A stretch of 64,000 nucleotides of DNA, taken from positions 96,001 to 160,000 of the forward strand of contig CAWEPK010000012.1 in NCBI GenBank assembly GCA_963810935.1. Reading direction: 5' to 3'. The notes under the pieces were generated by a model. That model searched no databases. It had not been told where the DNA came from and worked only from the letters and a program-made list of their open reading frames with translations. The DNA comes from an uncultured delta proteobacterium. GTDB lineage: Bacteria; Desulfobacterota; Syntrophorhabdia; Syntrophorhabdales; WCHB1-27. Of this stretch, positions 9,316 through 19,393 are shown one piece after another. Position 1 is the first letter of the stretch, and each line of letters starts with the position of its first letter. The position numbers and the translations under genes are program-made.

Positions 9316-9900
9316 GTGGACGGACAGAAGGACGAGAAAAAAGCACAACTTGTGCAGATAGCAGTTGAGACTATCCGCAAGCACGGCATCCGAAAAACAA
9401 CCCTTGAAGATATTGCCGATGCCTCCGGCATGGCGCCCCCTTCCATGTATTACTACTTTGCCAACAAGAGGGACCTTTTGAGGGCAGCCATCAGCGCTCT
9501 TTTGGACAGTGCCTTTGAGGAAGTAGAGAGGGCGGTCGCTCTTTCGCCCACGCCTCAGGAGAAGCTGACAGCCACGTGGAAGGTCCTCTTCCGTGAAGTG
9601 GAGCATAGCGATTTTTTGCTGAACCCGGACAGAAAAGTGCGATCCCAGATCATGGAGATTTCAGACGAGTTCGTTAGCAATTTCAATGCCAGATACCGGG
9701 CATTGGTCAAGAAGATTCTTTCTGAAGGTATCAAGCAAGGGGTCTTCCACGTAGAAGATATCGACGTGACTGCCGCCCTCCTGTCTACGGGCGTGTGGTC
9801 CATTCTTTTAAACCATGTTAACCAGGTCCGGCGTGACATTACCGAGGCATGGCTCGACGAGTGGGGTAAACTGCTGATGAACGGTTTGAAGAAGAGGTAA
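9316..9900 (+). CDS. TetR/AcrR family regulator
   Basis: GIRKTTLEDIADASGMAPPSMYYYFANKRDL HTH; TTGACA-18-TATATT promoter at 9232-9261; GTG start uncertain. Confidence 0.9.
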   Translation: MDGQKDEKKAQLVQIAVETIRKHGIRKTTLEDIADASGMAPPSMYYYFANKRDLLRAAISALLDSAFEEVERAVALSPTPQEKLTATWKVLFREVEHSDFLLNPDRKVRSQIMEISDEFVSNFNARYRALVKKILSEGIKQGVFHVEDIDVTAALLSTGVWSILLNHVNQVRRDITEAWLDEWGKLLMNGLKKR

Positions 9901-9987
9901 ATTTTTTTACGATTCCGTAGAATATTCGACTAAAATATTCGAATCTTCCTCTACCGCTCAAGGCCTTGAGCAGAAACATGAGAACTT

Positions 9988-11328
9988 ATGAATGGATCTT
10001 CGTTTAAAGCCTTCCTGCTTACAGCATGTACCGTGCTACTGATATCGCCTTCACAGGGGTATGGCGGTAGTTCAGACATCGGACAGCCGACTCAGCTCTT
10101 ATCGCTTGATAAAGTGTTGGAGATGGCTCTCTCCAACAGCAAGCTCATCAGGGAAGCCGCGAGCATATATAGCGGTGCCGTCGAGGAAAAACGGAGCGCC
10201 TTTGCGGACTTCCTGCCAAAACTGTCAACCTCATACTCCTATACGAAGTTCGAAGACCAGCCGTATATTATGTTCACCGATATTAAGGTGCCCCTAAACG
10301 CCACCGACCTATACGGTTGGAATGTCACGGCCGTTCAGCCTATCTTTACCGGCTATGCCCTATCGACCAAGTATGAGATGGCAAAGCTCAACATCGATCT
10401 CAAAGAGGTGGAAAAACGCCTGGCAATACTCGACGTGACAAGATCTGTGAAGACGGTGTACTACAACGTGCTCCTGGCACAAAAGACTCTTGCCGTTGCC
10501 GACGACGCGGTGGAAAACCTCGATTCGCACGCACGAGATGCCGAGGAGTTCTACAAGCACGACCTCATCCCGCATAATGACCTTCTTCAGTCGCAGGTGG
10601 CACTGGCTAACGCCCGACAGAACAGGGAGAAGGCGGGAATGGCCAACGAAATGGCCCTCTCCACCCTTAACATGCTTATAGGGGCCGGCATTGACCAGCC
10701 GACTCGAATCGCCGATATAACCACCCTTTCTTCGCGTCCACCTTCTCTCGAACAGCTCACGGCCGCGGCATTGGAAAAAAGGCCGGAACTGAGGGCGCTC
10801 CGCATAGGCCTCAAGAACTTGGACAACGCTACTCGTCTGGCAAAGAGCGCATTCTATCCCGAGATTGCATTGGTCGGCAGATACCAAAGGATAGGCGATA
10901 ACGTTGCTGCCACAAATAATCCTTACGGAAACGATCACAATGCCACCATTTCCCTTACGGCGAAATGGAGCATATTCGAGTGGGGAAAAACGGGTGACGA
11001 AATCCGGAAACATGATCACGAAAAAGCCGCTCTCCAACAGAGGTTGAGGCAGGTCGAAGACAGTATCACGCTGGAGGTCAAGAGCGCTTATCTCAACACA
11101 GAGGTCGCAAGAAAGAACATAGAGACTGCCTCGACTGCTCTCGACCAGGCCAAGGAAAACTACCGAATGACCAACCTCCAGTACCAGCACCAACTGGCGA
11201 CGACGACTAATGTCCTGGATGCGAGGACATTCCTTTCTCAGGCAAGGACAAACTACTACGGTGCGCTGTACGGTTACCTCATTTCCGAGGCGGAATTAGA
11301 AAGGGTCGCGGGCGGGGGTCTTCGATGA
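9988..11328 (+). CDS. TolC family outer membrane factor
   Basis: Signal peptide; FLPKLS, QPIFTG, KRPEL, AFYPEI, WSIFEWG, NVLDA motifs. Confidence 0.9.
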   Translation: MNGSSFKAFLLTACTVLLISPSQGYGGSSDIGQPTQLLSLDKVLEMALSNSKLIREAASIYSGAVEEKRSAFADFLPKLSTSYSYTKFEDQPYIMFTDIKVPLNATDLYGWNVTAVQPIFTGYALSTKYEMAKLNIDLKEVEKRLAILDVTRSVKTVYYNVLLAQKTLAVADDAVENLDSHARDAEEFYKHDLIPHNDLLQSQVALANARQNREKAGMANEMALSTLNMLIGAGIDQPTRIADITTLSSRPPSLEQLTAAALEKRPELRALRIGLKNLDNATRLAKSAFYPEIALVGRYQRIGDNVAATNNPYGNDHNATISLTAKWSIFEWGKTGDEIRKHDHEKAALQQRLRQVEDSITLEVKSAYLNTEVARKNIETASTALDQAKENYRMTNLQYQHQLATTTNVLDARTFLSQARTNYYGALYGYLISEAELERVAGGGLR

Positions 11329-12455
11329 GAGTCATGATCACACCAACAAGATCGCGCGATGGAGGCTCAAGGATAATTCTTATCGCTTTCCTTGCCATTC
11401 TTGCCGTCTCCGCGCTCGTTGCCGGCTGCCGGCAAGCATCGAGCGGCAGGGGATCAGGCGAGAAGGACAGGTCTCCCCGCACGGCGGAATTATTCACGGT
11501 GAAAGTTGAAAACTGGCCCCGTATCATCACCCTGTCCGCTTTCACCGAGCCTTTCTTCAGGGCGTCTCCGGGGGGCCGCGTGTCGGCAAGGGTCGTCTCA
11601 GTAAGCGTCCGGGAGGGCGACCGGGTAGCAACCGATAAAGTGCTCGCCCGCCTGGACACGCGGGATTTACAAGCCCGTCGCGAGCAGGCCCAAGCCAGTT
11701 TGGATACGGCCACTACAGCCCTTAAGGTTGCCCAAACTAATCTTGGACGTATGGAGGATCTTCACAAGCTCGGCATTGTGCCCCTGGCGAAGCTCGAATC
11801 CGTGCAGGTGGCCTTTGCCCAGGCAAGCGCTGCCAGGGCGACGGCCGCCGCGGTGCTTGATGAAGTCGAGGTAAACCTCACCTACGCCGTCGTGCGCGCC
11901 CCCTCAAATGGGGTCATTGTGAGAAAAATGACCGAGGTAGGCAACCTCGTTGCACCTGGACAGCCTCTGTTCACCATCGAAGACGATTCGCGCCTGAGGG
12001 CCGTCGCACCTCTAGGTACCGACATTGCCGCCGGGCTCAGGGCCGGACAGAGCCTGCCGGTACAGATCGATGGAGATACGATTCAAGGCGTCATAGAAGG
12101 GATAATACCTTCGGGTGATACCTACGCACCAGGGCTTCGGGTTCAGCTCCTGATCGACAATCACCTTCATCACTACCGGGCCGGAACCCTCGCCGTTGTC
12201 CGGGTGGCCCTTCCGCAGCAAGATGTGCCGAGGGTCATGCTTCCAAAGAACGCCGTTATTGAACGCGGTCAGCTTACCGGCGCCCTCGTGGTGGGGAAAG
12301 ACTCAACGGCCCAACTCCGCTGGTTGGTCCTCGGCGAGACCAAGGGAGACATGGTATCCGTACTTTCTGGGTTGAAGGAAGGTGATCGGGTGGTCCTTTA
12401 TCCCGGCGCTGCCGGAGTGGGCGACGGACAACGGGTTGATGCGAGGCTCCCGTGA
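11325..12455 (+). CDS. RND efflux periplasmic adaptor (MFP)
   Basis: Lipobox-like VAGC; VREGDRV and RAPSNGVI...GNLVAPGQPLF lipoyl halves; SGLKEGDRVV. Confidence 0.9.
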   Translation: MRVMITPTRSRDGGSRIILIAFLAILAVSALVAGCRQASSGRGSGEKDRSPRTAELFTVKVENWPRIITLSAFTEPFFRASPGGRVSARVVSVSVREGDRVATDKVLARLDTRDLQARREQAQASLDTATTALKVAQTNLGRMEDLHKLGIVPLAKLESVQVAFAQASAARATAAAVLDEVEVNLTYAVVRAPSNGVIVRKMTEVGNLVAPGQPLFTIEDDSRLRAVAPLGTDIAAGLRAGQSLPVQIDGDTIQGVIEGIIPSGDTYAPGLRVQLLIDNHLHHYRAGTLAVVRVALPQQDVPRVMLPKNAVIERGQLTGALVVGKDSTAQLRWLVLGETKGDMVSVLSGLKEGDRVVLYPGAAGVGDGQRVDARLP

Positions 12456-15400
12456 ACGACCGTCACGAGGTAACCGGCCGGACGGGCAGACTGGCTGGCA
12501 TGTTTATCCGATCCAAGCTGACGCCGCTTTTTATTATCGTATCCCTTGCTATCGGCCTCCTGGCAGTCTGGATTACCCCGAAAGAAGACGAGCCATCTAT
12601 TATCGTGACGGTGGCGGACGTGTTTGTTGCCTATCCGGGCAGGGGCGCATCTGAGGTGGACGAACGGGTCGCCCGCCCTGTGGGCGCGTGGATACGGGAA
12701 ATCCCCACAGTCAAGCACGTGCTCAGCTCGGCGGGTGACGACGGCGCCATGTTTGTCGTCGAGTTTCATGACGGCGTGTCCAGGGAGAAGGCGCTTACGC
12801 AGCTCTACGACCGGCTCCACGCTAATATGGGCCAGCTCCTCCGGGGGTTCCCGCACCCCTCGTCAAACCGAGGGGCATCGACGACGTGTGCGCCCTTGCA
12901 GTTACCCTCTGGTCCGACCGCGACAGCTCCGACACGCTGAGAAGAGTGGCCGCCGAGATGGCGGTGGAGCTGCGTCGTCTTCCCAATGTATCACGTGTTG
13001 ACATAATAGGCGGCACGCCTAGGTCGATCCAGGTCGATCTCGACGCGCGCCGTTTGGCGGAGCGCGGCATTGGGACAGACCGGGTGGTGCAGGCCGTCCA
13101 GACAGCCAACATCATGGTGCCGGCAGGCACGCTCTCCGGAACCGAAGGGCTCCTGCGCGTCGAGTCGGGCGCTTTTCTACAATCGGCGGCTGACGTGGAA
13201 GCCCTTATCGTAGGTGCAAAGGGAAACGGTCTTATCTATATGCGGGACGTTGCCCGTGTCCGTGACGGCGCAGCAGAGCCCTCAGATTACGTCTCCCGCA
13301 TCGGCGATGATACCAACTGGGTCTCTTGCCCTGCGGTGACTATCTCAGTGGTAAAGGTACATGGCTCGAATGTCACGGACCTCTCCCGCCAGGCAAAGAT
13401 GGTGGTCAACAAACTTGGGAAGAATCTCGTATCCGACACCGTGCACGTGGCCATCACCCGGGACGGAGGCGAGACCGCGCGGAACAGCGTCAGGATGGTG
13501 GGGAAGCACATGCTAATCGCTACCCTGGCGAGCGTACTGCTCATCGCCGTCGCCCTTGGATGGCGGGAAGGACTCGCGGCGGCCATTATCCTTCCCGTGA
13601 CCATAATCGTCATTCCGGTCGTCTACAACTTGACCGGGTTCACTCTCAACCGCATATCCCTCGCGGCCATGGTGTTCGCCATAGGCCTTCTCATCGACAA
13701 CGCCATCGTGATCATCGAGAACATCGAGCGCCATTTCCACGCTGGCGGAGGCGGTGCCACAGCTGCCGCGGAGGCGGTGCAACAGGTTGGTCCTCCCACC
13801 ATCCTAGCGACGCTGATGGTGATTTGCGCGCTTCTGCCCACCGCCTTCGTGACGGGAATGATAGGCCAGTACGTGCGACCGCTTCCCATAGGCGCGTCGC
13901 TGGGCATGCTCTTCTCTTTGTTCGTCGCGCTTACCGTCGCGCCCTACCTCTGTTATCTGCTGCTCCGGCCGGGAAGCGGCTCTTCTCCATCACGGGGTCA
14001 TAAAAAGAGATCCCGTTTCATGTCATTCTACCTCGGCGTGCTCGCGTCGATTATGGAGAGCCCGAGACGCATCAGGGCAGTCTATGCAGTCTCGTTGGTC
14101 GTCCTGCTTTTAACCCTTGCCCTGATCCCGGCCCGCGTGGCGGTCATAAAGCTCTTGCCTGACAAAGGCAGCGATGAACTGTCCATCATGATCGACCTGC
14201 CCTCGCGGACGCCGTTGGAGCTGAGTTACGCCATGGTTGCCGACATCGCTAGAAAATTGAAAGATATTCCCGAGGTTACCGCAAGCCAAATCTACGCGGG
14301 CACCTCCGGACCGCCCACGTTCCTGGGCATAGCCCGCCACTACGATCTGAGAAAGGAGCCCTACCAGGCGGAGATTCAGCTTCAACTAACGCCCGAGGCG
14401 AAAAGGTGGCGGAAGAGCCATGAGATAGCACTCTCCGTGCGCTCGCTGATCGCCCCGTTACTGGCTGAAAAGGACACTGTTTTCACGGTAGTCGAGATCC
14501 CTGCCGGTCCGCCAACCCTTGCCCCGCTCGTGGCCGAAGTCTACGGACCGGATGACGACAAGCGCGTGGCCCTGGCGCGTCAACTGAGAGGAGAATTCGC
14601 GGCTATGCGAGGCGTAGCGGACGTCGACTGGGCCGCCAGGCCCGGCTCGCCCAGGCTACGCTATGATATCGACCACCTGAGTGCCGCGGCTCGGGGCGTA
14701 ATCCCCGCCCAGGCCGCTGGTACGGTCCGTACGCTCGTTGCGGGTGAAGCCGCTGTCTGGGCGCGTTTTCCACGGGAACGGGAACCCGTGCCGGTCATAC
14801 TTCGCCTGGCACGGTTCCAGCGGTCGACCCAGGCGGATATCTCTTCTCTTTACTTCAATTCTTTGGCAGGGGGTCCGCCAGTGCCGGCGTCTGATATCGG
14901 CTCCATAAAGCGGATGGAAGGGTCTTTCCCGTTGATGCGTAAGGACTTGCAACCTGTGGTCATGGTCTATGGCGCGGTCACCGGCCAAAGCCCGTTCTAT
15001 TCGGCCGTCGATCTTACAAGACGTCTGCGGTCTCTTACCGGACCTGATTCGCGAGCCGTGCAGGTGCTCTGGACTGACAAGAATCCCGATATAGGTCGGT
15101 ATGCGGTCCGTTGGGACGGAGAATGGGCCTTTCAGCGGGATATGTACATCGATCTCGGAATGGCTTTCGTCGTTGTGCTGTTCCTTATCTACGCCGTGCT
15201 CGTGGCATGGTATAGCTCGTTTTTGATGCCTCTTGTTGTCATGGCCCCGATTCCGCTTATCTTTATCGGCGTCGTCCCGGCCCACGTGATCATGGGAAAA
15301 CCGGTGGATGTTTGCAGTCTCTTGGGAGTGATTGCGCTGGCTGGCATCGTGATCCGCAATTCCATTCTCCTCGTCGATTTTGCGCGTAGCCACATCGCCT

Positions 15401-15678
15401 CCGGGACCCCGGTGCGCGAAGCTGTTCTCATGGCCTGCGAAACCCGTTTGAGGCCGATAGTCCTCACTGCCCTCGCGGTCATTCTCGGAGAATTCGTGTT
15501 GTATTTCGATCCGATCCTTCAGGGGATCGGCCTGACATTGCCGGCAGGGGCGCTAGTTTCTACCGCATTGACCCTAGGGGTCATCCCGGTTGCTTATTAC
15601 CAGCTTGCGACCCTTCAGAAGAAACAAGGCACGGACGATGGAGGTGATACAGACACGGTTCGGGCTGCGGATAGATGA
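12452..15678 (+). CDS. RND efflux permease, AcrB family (frameshift near 12838)
   Basis: TPKEDEPSI N-terminus; IGLLIDNAIVIIENIERH; GIVIRNSILLVDF; RLRPIVLT; adding one C gives GQLPPGVPAPLVKPRGIDDV. Confidence 0.9.
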
Positions 15679-15925
15679 TGGAGGATATGCAGAAGCCCGT
15701 TACCGAAGGGAGGGTAAACCGCCATAAGGCAAGCGGGAATGCACGGCATACTGACTCAAAGAAGAGTTGTCCGCTCCCGCGCTACGAGGTGACGGAATCT
15801 TTTGGTTCATTACGATCCATCCGGGAGCCATAGAGCGACTCGAACGAAACGCTCGAAGGTCGGGGGAGCGACAAACCTCGCGCGGGCTGCTTTTGCCATA
15901 GAAAATGTTTAAGAGAGGCCAATTC

Positions 15926-16219
15926 ATGAAAATGTTTGTTGTCGTATATGTCGATTACTTGGACCATAGGATAACAACCACATTTAAACAGGCTGGTTAT
16001 AACTCGTTTATAAAAGAGCGCGATCTGGCGGGTGAATATAAGCCACTTGAGCCAGGGCTGAAGGAGCTTGATGCACCCGGTGGACTGAGGTCGCTTTTGA
16101 TTCCTGCCCACGATGAGAAGATTCCTCACCTCCTTGACGTTGTGCGGAACCTTAAGAAACAACTCCCTACTGCGGGTATTGGTGCGTTTACTTTTCTGTT
16201 AGAAGAATTTGTTGTTTGA
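15926..16219 (+). CDS. Small PII-like transporter-associated protein
   Basis: ~97 aa, MKMFVVVY...GIGAFTFLLEEFV; size and position after an RND permease match PII-fold proteins in such operons. Confidence 0.55.
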   Translation: MKMFVVVYVDYLDHRITTTFKQAGYNSFIKERDLAGEYKPLEPGLKELDAPGGLRSLLIPAHDEKIPHLLDVVRNLKKQLPTAGIGAFTFLLEEFVV

Positions 16220-16375
16220 GGAGAAATGAATATGTCCTGTTCTACCATGCCTTCCAACTGGTCAATTATGGGTTCAATTCAAGAAACGAATAGTTTTGAT
16301 AGTAAAGGGTAATTTGTCAAGCGAGAGGAATAACCGACGTGTCACCGCCACGTAAACTCGGATAAGGAGGAGACT

Positions 16376-17258
16376 ATGAAAGAGTTCAAGGATAAAGTCG
16401 CAGTAATTACCGGTGCGGCGAACGGCATTGGACGGGGGATAGCAGAGCGGTGCGTTCGGGAGGGCATGAAGGTCGTGCTCGCGGGCATCAATGAGGCAAA
16501 CCTCATGAAAGCAGAAACTGAGCCTCAAGGCCTATGGAGGAACCGTGGTCAGCGTTCAGACAGATGTCGCGAAACGGAGCGATGTGGAATCGTTGGCCAG
16601 TAAGGCTCTCGACACCTTCGGCGCGGTACACCTCCTTGTGAACAATGCCGGCGTTGGTGCGGGTCTGTCTCCCTGGGAAGCCACATGGAACGACTGGGAG
16701 TGGGTGATAGGCGTCAATCTGTGGGGGGTGATCCACGGCGTCAAGATATTCACCCCCCTCATGCTTGCCCAGAACACCGAGTGCCACATCGTCAATACCT
16801 CCTCCTTCGTGGGACTGATGGCGGGCTACTACAGCGCGCCCTACGCTGTGACTAAGCATGCGATCGTAGCTCTCTCCGAATGCCTATACATAGCACTCGA
16901 ACAGCGCAAGGCACCCGTTAAGGTGTCGGTTCTCTGCACCGGTAACGTCAAGACGAACATTGCGAGGGCCGAACGTAACAGACCCGTGGAATTGGAAAAC
17001 GGGCCCGTTAAGATGCCACAACAGGGGCAGGCTCTTAGGGAACTCATGAAAGCAGTTAAGGCAGGCATCGAAACAGGCATGTCGCCCCTCCAGGTGGCCG
17101 ATCAGGTTTTTGAAGCCATCAAGGAGGAAAGGTTCTACATCCTGACCCATCCCGAATTGACCCCGCTGATCCAGTTGAGGGTGGACAGTCTTCTCAGCGG
17201 GGACAATCCTCGAAATCCACAGGACACTACCATGAAACTGTTTAAGTTGGGCGGATGA
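16376..17258 (+). CDS. Short-chain dehydrogenase/reductase (frameshift near 16523)
   Basis: TGAANGIG, LVNNAG, YAVTK catalytic motif; RBS AGGAG. Confidence 0.9.
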
Positions 17259-17306
17259 GGTCAGTATTGTTATCACACTGTGGGGAGAGCAGCCCTCCCA
17301 CCCCTG

Positions 17307-17349
17307 TCGCTATTGAAGTGCTCCTTCCCGTGTGCAATAATTGGCTGTA
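17307..17349 (+). repeat. Repeat B', orphan copy of the promoter at 18086-18128
   Basis: TCGCTATTGAAGTGCT-8 nt-TGTGCAATAATTGGCTGTA in both copies; only the 8-nt middle differs. Confidence 0.85.
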
Positions 17350-17362
17350 ACCGGAAAATAGA

Positions 17363-17520
17363 GCGAAAGGTTCGATATGATCCTGAGCCAGCAGACGTTC
17401 TTCCAGGGCAGCGTGCAGACGCTGATGGAGGTGCTGAGGTCGGACACCTTCCGCGCGAGGGTGGCAAGACTCGGCAATTATGATTTCAGGGATTCGGGAA
17501 AGATATTATACGCGCCCTAG
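17363..17520 (+). repeat. Direct repeat A', copy 2 (orphan 3' fragment of regulator gene)
   Basis: Matches 8876-9033 at an offset of 8487 bp; ends ...YAP-TAG. Confidence 0.95.
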
Positions 17521-17714
17521 ATAGAGCGACCAAAAATGGCTTGTTTGATTTCATCGGCCGACAGCGTCTCAAGATAAAGGGCCACGGCTTCCCGCGCATT
17601 TTCGATCGTCTCTTCAAGGGAATCACCCTGCGTGTGACAGCCTTCCAACTCCGGTGCGTAGGCATAATACCCCTGTTCGTCTTTCTCTATGATGATACTG
17701 ACCTTGTGGGCCAT
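17517..17714 (-). CDS. HicB family antitoxin, orphan (no hicA)
   Basis: IIEKDEQGYYAYAPELEGCHTQGDSLEETIENAREAVALYL; RBS GGAGG. Confidence 0.85.
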   Translation of the reverse strand: MAHKVSIIIEKDEQGYYAYAPELEGCHTQGDSLEETIENAREAVALYLETLSADEIKQAIFGRSI

Positions 17715-17757
17715 CTGCCAACCTCCTTTCGATTACAATGAATTACCAGCCTATAGG

Positions 17758-17958
17758 TCACTTACCGAAGACCTTCCCGTGGGTTTTCACCCGCCCGGCT
17801 TTATAATCGGCCCGCGCTTCTTCAATGCTCGCCAGGTATTCGGGCGCTGTCGCAGCAAGGAGGTTCTCCAGAAAGGCTTCCCTTTCCTTCCCGCCCATCT
17901 CCTTGACTGCCTCGATCACCTCTTCCGCGCTGATATTGACCTTCAGTGCTCGCGCCAT
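17758..17958 (-). CDS. Small antitoxin-like protein, orphan
   Basis: ...EYLASIEEARADYKAGRVKTHGKVF C-terminus typical of RelB/Phd-like antitoxins; RBS GGAGG. Confidence 0.6.
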   Translation of the reverse strand: MARALKVNISAEEVIEAVKEMGGKEREAFLENLLAATAPEYLASIEEARADYKAGRVKTHGKVFGK

Positions 17959-18085
17959 ACTCTCCTCCGGGGAATGATAGACAACTGCATATTCTATTGC
18001 TTACTTTATCTCTGTACACTTTTCCCCTGGTTAATTATATCACGTCCCTCCGGGCGAGCCAAACAATGCGGCTGCACTCCCCACA

Positions 18086-18128
18086 TCGCTATTGAAGTGC
18101 TTGTAGCCCTGTGCAATAATTGGCTGTA
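18086..18128 (+). promoter_or_regulatory. Repeat B: sigma70-like promoter of the gene at 18161
   Basis: TTGAAG(18092)-17 bp-AATAAT(18115) with extended -10 TG. Confidence 0.6.
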
Positions 18129-18160
18129 TTCACAAAGACTGCGCAAAGGCGGGATGGCGG

Positions 18161-18943
18161 ATGGCCGTGCAGGGCCGCACTATAACCTTCGAAACCAAAT
18201 GCTACGAGAACGACTGGGAATACCTGCTCAAGGCAGGCCGCCTGAAAAAGATGAAGGACGCCTGCCGCTACACCTTCGACCGGTCGGTCCTCCACATCAA
18301 TAACGTCAACGACCCGGACGAGGTGGAGCGATGGGCCGCAAAGCTAATCGATCAGGGCGTAATCGACGCGTGCGTGCGCGTCTCCGACCGTGCGCAGGAG
18401 GCGCTCGCCTTCTTCGGCTGCGGGCCTTCCGCCTTCGGCAAAGGGTACTACTATTCAATAGCGGAGCTTACGGCCATTTACCTTTGCACGACGGACTACC
18501 TGCTCCATTTTTCGAGCGACACGATAATCGCCAACGTGAGTGAATGGATAGACGCCGCCATCGGGAAAATGGAGGCGGACCCGCGGATCATAGTCGCAAA
18601 CCCCACGTGGAACGACAAGTTCCACCGGGCCAGGGAGGAGTCGGTCGCACAAGACGAGGACTTCTTCATCGGCCACGGCTTCTCCGACCAGTGCTACCTC
18701 GTGCCGGTCGCCGCGTTCAGGCGCCCCATTTACGGGGAGACGAACGCAATATCGGAAAGCAGGTTCCCCTATTACGGGGGCGACTCCTTCGAAAAGAGGG
18801 TGGATGCCTATATGCGGAACAACGGCTTCCTGAGGATTACGAGCAAAACGGCCTCGTACCGCCACAGGAATTTTTCGCACAGCCCGATCAGGAGGAAGGC
18901 CGCCGTCTGCCTCGGGCTGCTCCGCTCGAAGATTGCGGGATAG
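18161..18943 (+). CDS. Hypothetical protein, possibly glycosyltransferase-like
   Basis: 260-aa ORF with typical codon usage; DYLLHFSSD segment only weakly reminiscent of a GT-A fold. Confidence 0.6.
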   Translation: MAVQGRTITFETKCYENDWEYLLKAGRLKKMKDACRYTFDRSVLHINNVNDPDEVERWAAKLIDQGVIDACVRVSDRAQEALAFFGCGPSAFGKGYYYSIAELTAIYLCTTDYLLHFSSDTIIANVSEWIDAAIGKMEADPRIIVANPTWNDKFHRAREESVAQDEDFFIGHGFSDQCYLVPVAAFRRPIYGETNAISESRFPYYGGDSFEKRVDAYMRNNGFLRITSKTASYRHRNFSHSPIRRKAAVCLGLLRSKIAG

Positions 18944-18967
18944 CCCGCCGCGGCATACGTTCTTCTC

Positions 18968-19393
18968 ATGGCCTTCTATGCCTTCCTTGCAGACCTTATC
19001 GTAACCGTCCACCTGTGCTACGTCCTGTTCGCGGTCGGGGGAGAGGCAGCCATACTCGCGGGCGCGATTTTCCGGTGGGCGTTTATCAAGCAGCCTGCCT
19101 TCCGCATCGCCCATCTCGCCGCAGTCGGGTTGGTAGCGGCCGAAGCGGCCCTGCGCCTGGTCTGCCCCCTCACGGAATGGGAATATAACCTCCGGCAACT
19201 GGCCGGCCAGACGGTCGAGAGGAAGATTTCGTTCGTTGCGCGGCTGGCCCGCCTCATCGTCTTCCACGACCTGTCACCCCATTTCCTCATGGTGCTGCAC
19301 GTAGGTTTCGGGGTGCTCGTCGTTCTGACGTTTATCTTTATTCCGCCGCGATTTGCCGGGAAGAAACGGGGACAACGGCCGGGGGTTTATTAG
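18968..19393 (+). CDS. DUF2784-like membrane protein
   Basis: LADLIVTVHLCYVLF...FRIAHL...CPLTEWEYNLRQLAG. Confidence 0.8.
   Translation: MAFYAFLADLIVTVHLCYVLFAVGGEAAILAGAIFRWAFIKQPAFRIAHLAAVGLVAAEAALRLVCPLTEWEYNLRQLAGQTVERKISFVARLARLIVFHDLSPHFLMVLHVGFGVLVVLTFIFIPPRFAGKKRGQRPGVY

Noticed and set aside
15680..15900. Transposase remnant between the RND and PII-like genes
   Set aside because: No recognisable motif in any frame; cannot be supported without a database search.
9034..17362. Classical integrative element or composite transposon
   Set aside because: No integrase, transposase, terminal inverted repeats or tRNA target seen; reported instead as an integrase-free duplication.
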